Positions 38,478-48,088 of a stretch of 64,000 bases of DNA are shown here, piece after piece; position 1 is the first letter of the stretch, and each line of letters begins with the position of its first letter. The notes beneath the pieces were generated by a model, which was not told the DNA's origin, did not search any database, and was given only the letters and a program-made list of their open reading frames with translations. Location: assembly GCA_035703435.1 (NCBI GenBank), contig DASSYF010000016.1, positions 5,429-69,428 of the forward strand, given 5' to 3'. Origin of the DNA: Chiayiivirga sp. GTDB taxonomy: Bacteria; Pseudomonadota; Gammaproteobacteria; Xanthomonadales; Xanthomonadaceae. The position numbers were made by a program, and so were the translations under genes.

Positions 38478-40187
38478 TTATGCCTTGGCGGCTACGCTCG
38501 GCAAGCTCACGTCCGGATAGGCTTCCGGCAGGGTGACGCCGGCGGCGGTGCGGGCTTCGGCCGCCGCGAGGAAGCGCCACACGAACAGGCAGCTCACCAG
38601 GAACAAGCCCGGGTAGCCGATGAAGGCCATGGCGTACGGCAGGCGTGGATCGGCGTGTTCACGCACGCTCGGCAGGCCATAGGCCAACAGACCGAAGGTG
38701 ATCAGGAATCCGAAGATCCACATGACCGTGACCCAGACGCCGGTTTCAAAGCCACTCATCGGGCGTGCCCATCCACTCATTGGGCGCGGCCCCGTCTTGG
38801 GCTTGGGCAGGACCGGCGTAGCACTGCGCTTGCCGATCGTGGCCAAGTCATAGACCAGCACAAACAGGCCGGCCAGGAACACCACGCCGAAGATCGGGAT
38901 GAAGACCTTGTAGACCTGCATGGCCGGGAACACGTCGCCACCGTACCAGTCCAGGCCCAGCGTGCGATAGGCGTAGATCTGCACCGATCCACCCAAGGCA
39001 AAGGCCAAGGCAATGCCGATCATGCCGACAAACAGCAGCCAGAAGGCGAGCTTGCCCAAGCGCTGATCGAAATTCAGCGCCTTGCGCATCACCGGAATCG
39101 CGTAGTACGCCGCGCCCAGGCCCAGCATGCCAAAGGTGCCGAACAGCGCCAGGTGACCGTGCGCCGGGGTGATCCAGGTGCCGTGCGACCAGACGTTGGT
39201 CAGCGCGAAGGTCATGCTGAAACCTAGGATGCCCGCACCCACCAACTCCATCACCACCGAACCGAGGATGAAGTAGAACGCAGGGGCGTTCTCAAGCGGC
39301 TTTTCATTGATGTGCGAGTCGAGATAGATGTGCCAGAAGCAGAAGATCATCGGCATCGGTTCGAGTGCACTGAACAAGGAGCCCCAGAACTGCCAGAACT
39401 CGGGCGTGCCGATCCAGAAGTAATGGTGGGCATTGCCGATCAGGCCTGACAGCCACACCAGCACGATGCCCCAGAACACCGCGTAACCTACCGACTTCAC
39501 GTTCACCTTGAACAGGAACACCACCAGGATGCCGACCAGGCTGATGTGGATCACTTCCCACACACCCTCGACCCAGTAGTGCACCACGAACCAGCGGAAG
39601 TATTCCTGCATGTCCAGACGTGGCACATAGAACATGCCGAACACCCAGATGACCGTCAATGCCACCACGCCGATGCCGAGGCCCCAGTGAATTTCATTCC
39701 ACTCTTTCACGGGCGGGAAGGTGCGCAGCACGACATAAGCCAGGATCGAGAAGCCGATCAGGATCACCACGTCGGCGGCGCGTCCGGCTTCGATGTACTC
39801 CAGGCCTTCCTGCAGCCAGGCTTGACCTGCCCACCAGCCGGCGGTGCCGGTCATGGCCAGACCTTGGGTGATCACGTTCCAGACGATGACCGCCACCAAG
39901 GCGATGAACAGGAACTTGATCAGGAAGGGTGCGGCCAGCTCACGCTTGGACAGCAGTGGCCCCACGAACAGGATCGAACCGATGAAGCCGGACAGGATCC
40001 ACAACAGGCCGAGGTTCAAGTGCTCGGTACGCACGACGTTGAAGTTGAGCGTGCCGGCCAACAGGGTCGGATCGACGTGCTGCATCGACAGCAGCAAGCC
40101 AAAGCCGACCTGGGCTGCGAACAGCACCAGCATGAGCATGAAGAACCGCATGCTGAGGCGTTGGGTTTCGTACTGAATTTTCATCAC
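38478..40187 (-). CDS. norB: Nitric oxide reductase large subunit (cNOR NorB-like) with C-terminal 2-TM extension
   Basis: 'HYWVEGVWE', 'GNAHHYFWIG', 'SALEP', 'HGHLALFG', 'LEYIE': heme/FeB ligands and NOR-type glutamates. Confidence 0.85.
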   Translation of the reverse strand: MMKIQYETQRLSMRFFMLMLVLFAAQVGFGLLLSMQHVDPTLLAGTLNFNVVRTEHLNLGLLWILSGFIGSILFVGPLLSKRELAAPFLIKFLFIALVAVIVWNVITQGLAMTGTAGWWAGQAWLQEGLEYIEAGRAADVVILIGFSILAYVVLRTFPPVKEWNEIHWGLGIGVVALTVIWVFGMFYVPRLDMQEYFRWFVVHYWVEGVWEVIHISLVGILVVFLFKVNVKSVGYAVFWGIVLVWLSGLIGNAHHYFWIGTPEFWQFWGSLFSALEPMPMIFCFWHIYLDSHINEKPLENAPAFYFILGSVVMELVGAGILGFSMTFALTNVWSHGTWITPAHGHLALFGTFGMLGLGAAYYAIPVMRKALNFDQRLGKLAFWLLFVGMIGIALAFALGGSVQIYAYRTLGLDWYGGDVFPAMQVYKVFIPIFGVVFLAGLFVLVYDLATIGKRSATPVLPKPKTGPRPMSGWARPMSGFETGVWVTVMWIFGFLITFGLLAYGLPSVREHADPRLPYAMAFIGYPGLFLVSCLFVWRFLAAAEARTAAGVTLPEAYPDVSLPSVAAKA

Positions 40188-41155
40188 TTCGCCTCCAGAC
40201 TGCGGATGTAGGCCACGATGGCATTGACGTCATCGTCCGAAAGCAACTGGGCGTAGGCCGGCATCGTTCCGGGTGTGTAGCCCGCCACGAGCTTGGCATC
40301 CGGGGTTCGGATGGACTCGGCCAGATAGGCGTCGTCCGCCGTCACCGAGCTGCCATCGGCCAAGCTGACCGCGTGACCATGCAGGCCACCCCAGCCGGGG
40401 CCCACGAGCTTGCTCGAATCGGTGGCGTGGCAGGCGGTGCAGGCGTACTCCTGCGTCAGCGCTTCACCACGCGCCACCGGATCGGCTGCCGCGGGTGCCG
40501 CCTCGGGTGCTGCAGCCGCCGGCGCTGCGCTGGCGCTGGCCACGACGGGTGCGCCCTTTAGCCGCGCCAGGCGCGTATTGAAGTCACCGCTGAGAACCTT
40601 CGGCGGCCAACCCTCGGTGTCCATCGCCGAGGTGTATTTCAGGAAGGCAATCAACTGCGGAACCTCGTCACCCTGGAAGGGCAAGTTGGGCATGAGGCTC
40701 TTGTGACCACCCCGACGCTCGATGCGCTCCTTGGCACCCGGGAACTTGGCGTAGTACTCCTCGATGCTGCTGACGCCTGCATCCGCCGATACCACGGCGT
40801 TGGCCAACTGGGTACGCACCGCAGCTTCGGTCGGCCAACCGCCGGCGGAGGGCAGGAACGCGGCCAACCAGGCCGGTCCGGCCAGCTCGTAGGTCTTGGT
40901 CAGGTCCGGTGCAAAGTAGGCGCCGTTGCCGACCATGGTGTGGCAGCCCATGCAGTTGTAGGCCTGGAACACGCGCTTGCCATCGAGGGCGCTATGGGTG
41001 TCGTAGGTGATTGTGTCGGGCGTGACCTGCCCACGCGAACCCAGGAACGAAAACGCCGACAAGGCGATGAAGAACACCATCATCAGGCCGAACACGGCCA
41101 GGGCACGCCGCCGCTTCAGGCTTTCCTGGCAATTGCTCTCGTCACCACAACTCAT
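40184..41155 (-). CDS. norC: NorC-like cytochrome c with a second C-terminal cytochrome c domain
   Basis: N-terminal TM; 'NCMGCH...GAYFAPDL...LMPNL'; second heme motif 'CTACH...GTMP'. Confidence 0.82.
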   Translation of the reverse strand: MSCGDESNCQESLKRRRALAVFGLMMVFFIALSAFSFLGSRGQVTPDTITYDTHSALDGKRVFQAYNCMGCHTMVGNGAYFAPDLTKTYELAGPAWLAAFLPSAGGWPTEAAVRTQLANAVVSADAGVSSIEEYYAKFPGAKERIERRGGHKSLMPNLPFQGDEVPQLIAFLKYTSAMDTEGWPPKVLSGDFNTRLARLKGAPVVASASAAPAAAAPEAAPAAADPVARGEALTQEYACTACHATDSSKLVGPGWGGLHGHAVSLADGSSVTADDAYLAESIRTPDAKLVAGYTPGTMPAYAQLLSDDDVNAIVAYIRSLEAK

Positions 41156-41409
41156 GGTGCACCTGCCTTGTCATCGGCTGCACGTGCGGCCGCCTGTTCG
41201 ATGGCCGAGTGCTGGAACAAGGTGCGCATGCAATCCAAGAAGACGAAGAACACATACACCGACAGCACGAAACCGATGCCGAAATACACCAGCCACATCG
41301 TTTCCGATTCGGCAAAGTAACTGAAGTCCCGCCAGAACGGCCAAGACAGGGCAATGGCCAGGATGCTTCCCACCACCGCGATCAACCAATCCATCGCTCG
41401 CTGCGACAT
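41152..41409 (-). CDS. Small 2-TM membrane protein heading the nor operon
   Basis: ATG 41409 with RBS GGAG; 4-bp overlap with norC. Confidence 0.7.
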   Translation of the reverse strand: MSQRAMDWLIAVVGSILAIALSWPFWRDFSYFAESETMWLVYFGIGFVLSVYVFFVFLDCMRTLFQHSAIEQAAARAADDKAGAP

Positions 41410-41499
41410 AGCTTGCACTCCCCGTGAGGTACCTGAAGTCACAAGGGGCACAGACACCCCCGTAGCGGGGAACCTTAGGCCACGCCTTGCGCGCGCGAC

Positions 41500-41539
41500 A
41501 TGACTTAGGTCAAGCACGCGCAAGATTGAAGGAACTCAA
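41500..41539. promoter_or_regulatory. Two FNR/DNR-like boxes upstream of the nor operon
   Basis: ATGAC-TTAG-GTCAA (41500) and TTGAA-GGAA-CTCAA (41526). Confidence 0.5.
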
Positions 41540-41566
41540 CGCACAGGATGGGGTCGCCGCACGAAC

Positions 41567-44308
41567 TCAATGCGTATGGGTCTCAATTACACGCTGCCAG
41601 CGTGCGCGAAGATCGTCGCGCGTTTCTGTTGTTGCCGGTGGCAGCGCGAGGCTGTGCAGCAGAAGCGAGCGGATTTCATTGGCATCTGCACTCGATCCAG
41701 ACAGGTGCGCCGAAAGGCGTTCGATCTGCAGCTGACGCCGCAAGGCGCGTGCGTGTTCGGGAGAATCAAGGCCGGCCGCCAGTTCAGCCTTCACGAGCAA
41801 TTTTTGCGCCTGCGCGTCGATGTCGGGCGCGGTGCTGTGTGAAGCCTGGGCGCGAGACGCGATGGCGGCACGGGCATCGGCGGCCAGATTCAAGGCCTCC
41901 AGCGCGTCTGCAAGCTGCGCCGCCTCGGGCGCATCGGCTGCCACGGCGTCACGGCGATCGCACAGGTCGCGGGCCGCCAACAGTTGCTGCAGCTCGCGTT
42001 GTGCGGCGTGTTGCTGCTGGCGCGCACGTGCGACCTGCACGCGTTCGAGCGCACGGTCATACGCACGCTCGTCCAGGCCCGGCGACACCGCTTTGCGCGG
42101 TGCGCGGCCGCGCTCATTCGAACGCGGCTCCGGTTTGACGGCGCTGGCGCGGGCCTGTTCGCTCAGGGCGCGCCAACGTGTGGCGATCTGGGCCAGGCGC
42201 GCATCGGCTTGTGCCAAGGTGATCGCATCGGCGCTGGCGAGCTGCTCCAACTCCGCCACGATCGCCTGGGCCTGCTGCTGCTGTTCCTGCTGGGTTGCGT
42301 GGCGTTCGCGCTGCTGTGCGTCGGCCTGCTTGAACCAGGGATCGACGAGGCCGCGCAGTTCCTCCCACAGCGCGTCTTCGTTGCTGCGGCTGGCACGCGG
42401 CAGGGCTTTCCAGTCCGTCTGTGCTTGACGAGCGATCGGCAGGGCCGCATCGAGTTCGGCATGCATCAGATCACGCCGCAGGTTGGCCAGCAGTTTGCGC
42501 TTGGCCATCTCCGCTTCGGATTCGAGGGTGCCAATGGCGAGCTTGAGCTGATTGAGTAGATCGCGCAGCCTGCGTCCGCTGTCGCGCCGTTTCGACGGCT
42601 CCAGTTCGTCGCTCAGGCGCAGGTGGTCGATGACCTGTCGGCGCAGGCCCAATAAGTCGCGTACCGTGCGCGTTTGTTCGAGCGTGGCATGGGCTTGCTG
42701 GATGAAGCCGTCGATTTCCTCGCTGCGCTCGCCACGAATGGCATGGCGCTTTTCGAAGTAGGCGCGCGTGGGCGCCATCACGCGCCGGGCGGCGGCATGG
42801 AAGCGTGCCGTCAATGGGTGATCCTGGGCCTCGGCAGCGCGCAGCTCGGCCTCGTCCAGTTGCCGCCAGTGCGTTTGCAGTTCCTTCAGCCGCTCCGCCA
42901 GCGCATCCGGATGCAGGCCGCTGCCGGCCAGCGCTTCGACCTCGGCAATCAGGCGCGTGCGCGCCTTGTTCCCCGACCAATGCTGCCAGCGCGTCAGGCG
43001 TTCAAGCTCGTTCACCGCAACACCGAATCGCCGTGCCAGCGCCGTCGCGAAGGGTTCGCCCAGATGGCTACGGTCGCTGTCGAGCTCGCGCTGCAAGCTT
43101 TGCGCTTGCGCCACATGACCGGCGGCGACGGCGGCCTCCAGTGCGGTGATCTTGTCCGGCAAGGCGACGCGAATATCGTCGCGTTGGCGAGCGCGTTCCG
43201 CGAAGCTGTGATGCAGCTTGTCGGTAACGGCGCGGAAGGCGTGTTCCAGCGCCTGTTCGTCGGCCAGGAGAGGCGCGATCGTACGCACACGCGCCTGCCA
43301 GCGTTTTTCCAGATCGGCCAATGCACGCGCATCCAGGCGCGACGCACGCGCCTGCAACTCATCGAGCAAGACTTTGAGTGCCGTGTCCGATTCGCGCACC
43401 GCTTCCATGACGGGCTCGGCTGTGGTTTCGATGACGTCCGAGTCCATCCGCGCGGCTGGCGGTGGAGCGGCCAGCGCGTTGTCGAGTGCCGCGAAATATC
43501 CGGCCACGCGGCGATCCATGGCCTCATCGACCTTGCCGCGCAGGCCATTCCACTCCTGTGCCAAGGCCAGTTGTCGGCTCGCGGCATCGCTGGCCACATT
43601 GCGGCGCAGGCTGTCGAGTTCCTCGCAAATCGCGAGCGCCCGTGCGTTGATGGCAACTGGATCACCCGAGGCCAGCTTCAAACTCTGAGCGCGCTCGCGC
43701 GCCAGGCGGGTGAGCAGCTTGTCGCTCTTGCGCACGCGCTCGGCGATGCGTTCGAGCACGGCCACCTCGCTGATGCGTTCCAGCAGCCACTGGCGCAGCG
43801 CGGGATCGGGATCCTTGACGCAACGCTCGGCGTCCAGCCCTGGACGCGCCAGACGTTCCAGCGCCAGACGCCGCAAGGCCGCTTCCGGCGCGCGTTCGGC
43901 CAGCGCGATCAGGACCTCAGCATCGTCTTCGATCTGCAGCACGCGCTCACGTTCGGTGTGGGCGACCGTCGTGTCCAACAGGCGTTGCAGATAGCGTTGG
44001 CGCGCGGCAGTGCGAACCTCGCCGTCCGCATCATTGCGCATGCGATCGCCTAGCAGGGCCAGATCGTCCAGACGCCGCACGGCAGCGCCACGGACCTTGG
44101 CATCGACATCGCTGCGCGCGATGTCCGGCAGGCGGGCCAAAAGATCGGGATGGTTCAAACTGGCTACCGCCGTTGCGCGGCGGCTGGCATCGCGCTGTTC
44201 CCATTCGGGTTTGCGCAGCAAGGGAAGCGGACTCACGGTGATCGCCTCGGACAATGGAAGTGGGTTGACGGGTGCGATAGCACCGACGCAGGCCCGGCGT
44301 TTTAGCAC
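41567..44308 (-). CDS. DUF349-like helical repeat protein (start uncertain)
   Basis: 'RKPEW...RRATAV', 'WQHWSGNKARTRLIAEVE', 'LWEELR' helical repeats. Confidence 0.85.
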   Translation of the reverse strand: MLKRRACVGAIAPVNPLPLSEAITVSPLPLLRKPEWEQRDASRRATAVASLNHPDLLARLPDIARSDVDAKVRGAAVRRLDDLALLGDRMRNDADGEVRTAARQRYLQRLLDTTVAHTERERVLQIEDDAEVLIALAERAPEAALRRLALERLARPGLDAERCVKDPDPALRQWLLERISEVAVLERIAERVRKSDKLLTRLARERAQSLKLASGDPVAINARALAICEELDSLRRNVASDAASRQLALAQEWNGLRGKVDEAMDRRVAGYFAALDNALAAPPPAARMDSDVIETTAEPVMEAVRESDTALKVLLDELQARASRLDARALADLEKRWQARVRTIAPLLADEQALEHAFRAVTDKLHHSFAERARQRDDIRVALPDKITALEAAVAAGHVAQAQSLQRELDSDRSHLGEPFATALARRFGVAVNELERLTRWQHWSGNKARTRLIAEVEALAGSGLHPDALAERLKELQTHWRQLDEAELRAAEAQDHPLTARFHAAARRVMAPTRAYFEKRHAIRGERSEEIDGFIQQAHATLEQTRTVRDLLGLRRQVIDHLRLSDELEPSKRRDSGRRLRDLLNQLKLAIGTLESEAEMAKRKLLANLRRDLMHAELDAALPIARQAQTDWKALPRASRSNEDALWEELRGLVDPWFKQADAQQRERHATQQEQQQQAQAIVAELEQLASADAITLAQADARLAQIATRWRALSEQARASAVKPEPRSNERGRAPRKAVSPGLDERAYDRALERVQVARARQQQHAAQRELQQLLAARDLCDRRDAVAADAPEAAQLADALEALNLAADARAAIASRAQASHSTAPDIDAQAQKLLVKAELAAGLDSPEHARALRRQLQIERLSAHLSGSSADANEIRSLLLHSLALPPATTETRDDLRARWQRVIETHTH

Positions 44309-44370
44309 GAACCGGCGTCCACGCCTATGCCGCCGCGTTACGCTATGGCTTTCTCGCCTGGACTGCGGCC

Positions 44371-45381
44371 ATGAATGACGCCCTTCCCATGCCGGTTGGC
44401 AAACCCATCCATCTCTACATTCGCTTGGGCACCGTGCTGCTCGCCGTGCTGATTCTGACGACCCTGGCCTTGATGTGGTGGTGGGATTTCGAACCGCGCC
44501 CCTTCGATGTGGTGCAAACCAGCCGCAGCGCGGCCGAGCAGCACCAGCAAGCCGTGGTGGAAGGCACCACCAGTACCCGCACCCTGATCGCGGTGACCGA
44601 GGCCATGATGGACAAGCGCGGCGGATACTTGTCCAACGACATGCTCACGCCCGCGGTGTTCATGGACAACATCCCCAACTGGGAGTTCGGCGTGCTGGTG
44701 CAGGTGCGCGATTTTGCCAAGGCCCTGCGCAACGATTTTTCCCGCTCGCAGACCCAAAGCGTGGAAGACGCCGATCTGGCCCAGGCCGAGCCCTTGTTTT
44801 CCTCGCCCAATGACCGCTGGTTGCTGCCATCGAGCGAAAGTCAGTACCGGCAAGGCATCGGCTATCTGGAGGCCTACCTCACCCGTCTGTCTGCCCAGAA
44901 TCAGAGCAACACCCGTTTTTACCCTCGCGCCGACAATCTGGCCGACTGGCTGGCGCTGGTGGAAAAACGCCTGGGCTCGCTGTCGCAACGGCTGTCGGCC
45001 AGCGCCGGTCAAGCGGTGCTGGATACCGATCCCAACGACGGCGAGGCCGCTGCCAATGACGGCCTGGTGATGGTGCGAACCCCGTGGTTGCAGATCGATG
45101 ACGTGTTTTACGAAGCACGCGGTTCGACCTGGGCGCTGTTGCACCTGCTCAAGGCCGTCGAAGTGGATTTCGATGGCGTGCTGCGCGACAAGAACGCGCT
45201 CGTCAGCCTGCGCCAGATCATCCGTGAGCTGGAAGAAACCCAGGTGCCCCTCGGCAGCCCGATCGTGCTCAATGGCAGCCCGTTTGGCTTTTTCGCCAAT
45301 CACTCCTTGGTGATGGCCAACTACATCTCACGCGCCAACGCCGCCATCATCGACCTGCGCAAATTGCTGGAGCGCGGTTGA
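44371..45381 (+). CDS. DUF2333 family protein
   Basis: 'KRGGYLSND...MDNIPNWEFG', 'IDDVFYEARG', 'ANHSLVMANYISRANAA'. Confidence 0.9.
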   Translation: MNDALPMPVGKPIHLYIRLGTVLLAVLILTTLALMWWWDFEPRPFDVVQTSRSAAEQHQQAVVEGTTSTRTLIAVTEAMMDKRGGYLSNDMLTPAVFMDNIPNWEFGVLVQVRDFAKALRNDFSRSQTQSVEDADLAQAEPLFSSPNDRWLLPSSESQYRQGIGYLEAYLTRLSAQNQSNTRFYPRADNLADWLALVEKRLGSLSQRLSASAGQAVLDTDPNDGEAAANDGLVMVRTPWLQIDDVFYEARGSTWALLHLLKAVEVDFDGVLRDKNALVSLRQIIRELEETQVPLGSPIVLNGSPFGFFANHSLVMANYISRANAAIIDLRKLLERG

Positions 45382-46511
45382 ATCTCGGCTCGGATCCCCG
45401 TTTGCCGGCCACGGATGATTACTATCCGTGGCTCGATCCGCTGCGGTTTTTTGCCGCCTTGTCGGTAGTCGCTTTTCACCTTCGCGACTTGGCACATCTC
45501 AGCTTGCCGCAAGAACTCCCCGGGGTGTGGTTTGCCGCCGGATTTCTGGGTGTGGATCTGTTTTTCGCCATCAGCGGCGCGGTGATCTACCTCTCGATCG
45601 TGCGGCTGGCTCGACGCCATGGCGAGGGCCACTGGCGCGCCGCGTTCATGTGGCGACGCGTGGCACGCCTGGTGCCGCTGTATGTGTTGACCACGGTGTT
45701 CTTCGTCTGCGTGGTCAGGCCGGAACTTGTGGCACGCAGCGACTTTGGTTTTTTGCTGACCACCCATCTGCTTTTCGTCAGCAATCTGTTTGCGTCCACC
45801 CACGGCGCGATCAATGGCGTCAGTTGGAGCCTGGGTGTGGAGATGCAGTTCTATCTGCTGATGGTATTGGTCGGCGCGTATTTGCTGCGACGTGGCATTT
45901 GGCTGGCGGTCGTGTTGGCGGTGCTCGTAGCCCTGCTCTGGCGACTGGGCGTGTGGCAGGTGATCGGCGCGCTGCCTGCGGCCGAACGAGGCAATCAAAT
46001 GTTCATCTACACCCTGCAACTGCCGGGTGTGCTGGATGGGTTTGCTGCGGGCATCGTGGCCATGTGGTGGCGACTGCGCACGCCCGATGCACGCATGGGG
46101 CGTCGCTGGATCGTGTTGCTCGGGCTGGCCGTGGCGATGTGGTGGCTGGTGTTGAGCCTGCTGCTGTCCAATGCCGCGCTGTACTGGTCCCACCCCGCGA
46201 TGTTGCTCGGATTGCGCGCCGCCATCGCCTTGGCTTCGGGCTTGAGCGTGGCGGCGGTCATCGCCATTCCCAACAAGTTCTCACCGGGTGCCGTGGGGCA
46301 GTGGATGGGCGATACCAGTTACGGAATCTATCTTTGGCACCTGGGCGTGTTGCTATTGGTCGTGCGCTACTGGCCGCAGGCCGACCCATTGCAGCAAAGC
46401 GGCGTGATTCTGTTTGGCACCACGCTGTTGGCGAGTCTGGGTTGGGTGCTGGTGGAGCGCCCGATCCTGCGTTGGGCCAGGCGTTGGCCTGATCGCAAAA
46501 CAGGTGGGTGA
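45378..46511 (+). CDS. Acyltransferase family 3 (OafA-like) membrane O-acyltransferase
   Basis: 'LDPLRFFAALSVVAFH', 'GVDLFFAISG', 'RRVARLVPLY', 'WSLGVEMQFY', 'SYGIYLWH'. Confidence 0.9.
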   Translation: MNLGSDPRLPATDDYYPWLDPLRFFAALSVVAFHLRDLAHLSLPQELPGVWFAAGFLGVDLFFAISGAVIYLSIVRLARRHGEGHWRAAFMWRRVARLVPLYVLTTVFFVCVVRPELVARSDFGFLLTTHLLFVSNLFASTHGAINGVSWSLGVEMQFYLLMVLVGAYLLRRGIWLAVVLAVLVALLWRLGVWQVIGALPAAERGNQMFIYTLQLPGVLDGFAAGIVAMWWRLRTPDARMGRRWIVLLGLAVAMWWLVLSLLLSNAALYWSHPAMLLGLRAAIALASGLSVAAVIAIPNKFSPGAVGQWMGDTSYGIYLWHLGVLLLVVRYWPQADPLQQSGVILFGTTLLASLGWVLVERPILRWARRWPDRKTGG

Positions 46512-46532
46512 TCGTCGGCTCCTGAAGCGGGA

Positions 46533-47090
46533 TCAGCGCGACGGCGGCTTGGCGTGGGCCGGGGCGGCTTCGTAGCGGGCCAGGGATTCGACGATCTCGC
46601 GCCGTGCCGCTTCGGCGTCGTGCCAGCCTTCGATCTTGACCCACTTGCCCTTTTCCAGGTCCTTGTAGTGCTCGAAGAAGTGGCCGATGCGCTCCAGCCA
46701 ATGCGGTGATACATCGCCGATGTCGTGCACGTGGGCGTAACCGGCGAACACCTTGGGAATCGGCACGGCGATGAGCTTGGCATCCGAGCCGGCATCGTCG
46801 GTCATCTTGAGCACGCCGACCGGGCGGCAGCGGATCACCGAACCGGGGACCAGCGGCAAGGGCAACACCACCATCACATCGACCGGATCGCCGTCGCCAC
46901 ACAGCGTGCGGGGCACATAGCCGTAGTTGCAGGGATAGCGCATCGGGGTGGAGAGCACGCGATCGACGAACATCGCGCCGGTGGACTTGTCCACCTCGTA
47001 TTTGACCGGTTCGGAATCCTTGGGGATTTCGATCACGACGTTGATTTCGTTCGGCAGCTCGCGGCCGGCGTCGACCAGATCCAGGGTCAT
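46533..47090 (-). CDS. ppa: Soluble inorganic pyrophosphatase
   Basis: 'KYEVDK', 'YPCNYG', 'DGDPVDV', '[13 protein letters not shown]'. Confidence 0.96.
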   Translation of the reverse strand: MTLDLVDAGRELPNEINVVIEIPKDSEPVKYEVDKSTGAMFVDRVLSTPMRYPCNYGYVPRTLCGDGDPVDVMVVLPLPLVPGSVIRCRPVGVLKMTDDAGSDAKLIAVPIPKVFAGYAHVHDIGDVSPHWLERIGHFFEHYKDLEKGKWVKIEGWHDAEAARREIVESLARYEAAPAHAKPPSR

Positions 47091-47184
47091 GGCTTGTCCT
47101 CGATGGATGGATGACCCGACCTTCCGGCGAAGGTCGGGTGAGGGGCCAGATTAACGCACTTTGCTGCGATGCAGCATGAATCGC

Positions 47185-48078
47185 TCAACGATAGCGCCGG
47201 ATCGCCTCGTCGTGCGCCAGATGCGCCAAGGCACGCAGCCGCGCCACGCGCGCCCAAGCCAAGGCCAGCACCGTGAGCTGGGTGAGCAGTGCCGCCACGA
47301 TCACCCACGACCAGCCGATCGGGGCGACCCGCACGCGCACGATGGCGATCACCGCGGCCACCACGAGGCCGATGACGAGCACGCCCAGATACACCGCCAG
47401 TGTGGCGAGGGGCCGACGTACCAGCAGCTTCACCGCCCGCCACCAGGCACGCAACGCGCCGCCATCATTGGGGCGCACGACCAGAAAGGCGCGCGCCGAT
47501 TCGAGGCTGACGTGGGCCAACACCAGGGCGATGGCACCGATCACCGTCGCCAGCATCGCGCCGCGCTGTGCCGCACTTTCCAGGGTCAGGCCCTCGGCCC
47601 GCGTGCTGGCCCAATGCGACAGCCCGCCCATCACCGCCATCGCCACACCGTAAACAAGCACGCCCCACAGCAGCAGGCGAAGCTGGCGCGGGTACTCGGT
47701 CAGACCGCCTTGCACCAATTCGGAAAAGCGCGGTGCGCTCTGGCCGCGTGCGGCGGTGATCGCCACCCCCGTCAACCACGGGCTGAGCACGGCGGCGGCG
47801 ATGAGCGAAGCCATCAAGGCCATGGAAATGGAGCCACCGGATTCACCCAGGTGTGACATCAAGCCGCCGATCTCCGGCAGGCTCAAACGCTGTGCCAGCC
47901 GCGCCGCATCGGGCACCTGATCCAGCGCCGACCCCAAGGCCGAAGCCAACGGAGCCACGCCCAACAGGCTGACGAGGCCGAGCGTCACGATCCAGATCAG
48001 GCCCACACGCCATTGCAGCGCACATGCCAGTGCCTCGCTCACGGCGCGACCGATACCAAAGGAAGTCCAGGTATTCAT
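47185..48078 (-). CDS. Multi-TM hypothetical membrane protein
   Basis: Hydrophobic ORF starting 10 bp after the M1 peptidase stop. Confidence 0.75.
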   Translation of the reverse strand: MNTWTSFGIGRAVSEALACALQWRVGLIWIVTLGLVSLLGVAPLASALGSALDQVPDAARLAQRLSLPEIGGLMSHLGESGGSISMALMASLIAAAVLSPWLTGVAITAARGQSAPRFSELVQGGLTEYPRQLRLLLWGVLVYGVAMAVMGGLSHWASTRAEGLTLESAAQRGAMLATVIGAIALVLAHVSLESARAFLVVRPNDGGALRAWWRAVKLLVRRPLATLAVYLGVLVIGLVVAAVIAIVRVRVAPIGWSWVIVAALLTQLTVLALAWARVARLRALAHLAHDEAIRRYR

Positions 48079-48088
48079 GCGTGCGTCC

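Noticed and set aside
38478-40187. cbb3 or aa3 oxidase subunit I, or NO dismutase
   Set aside because: HYWVEG has the NOR glutamate where oxidases place the cross-link tyrosine region; all NOR ligands are canonical and a NorC-like partner is present.
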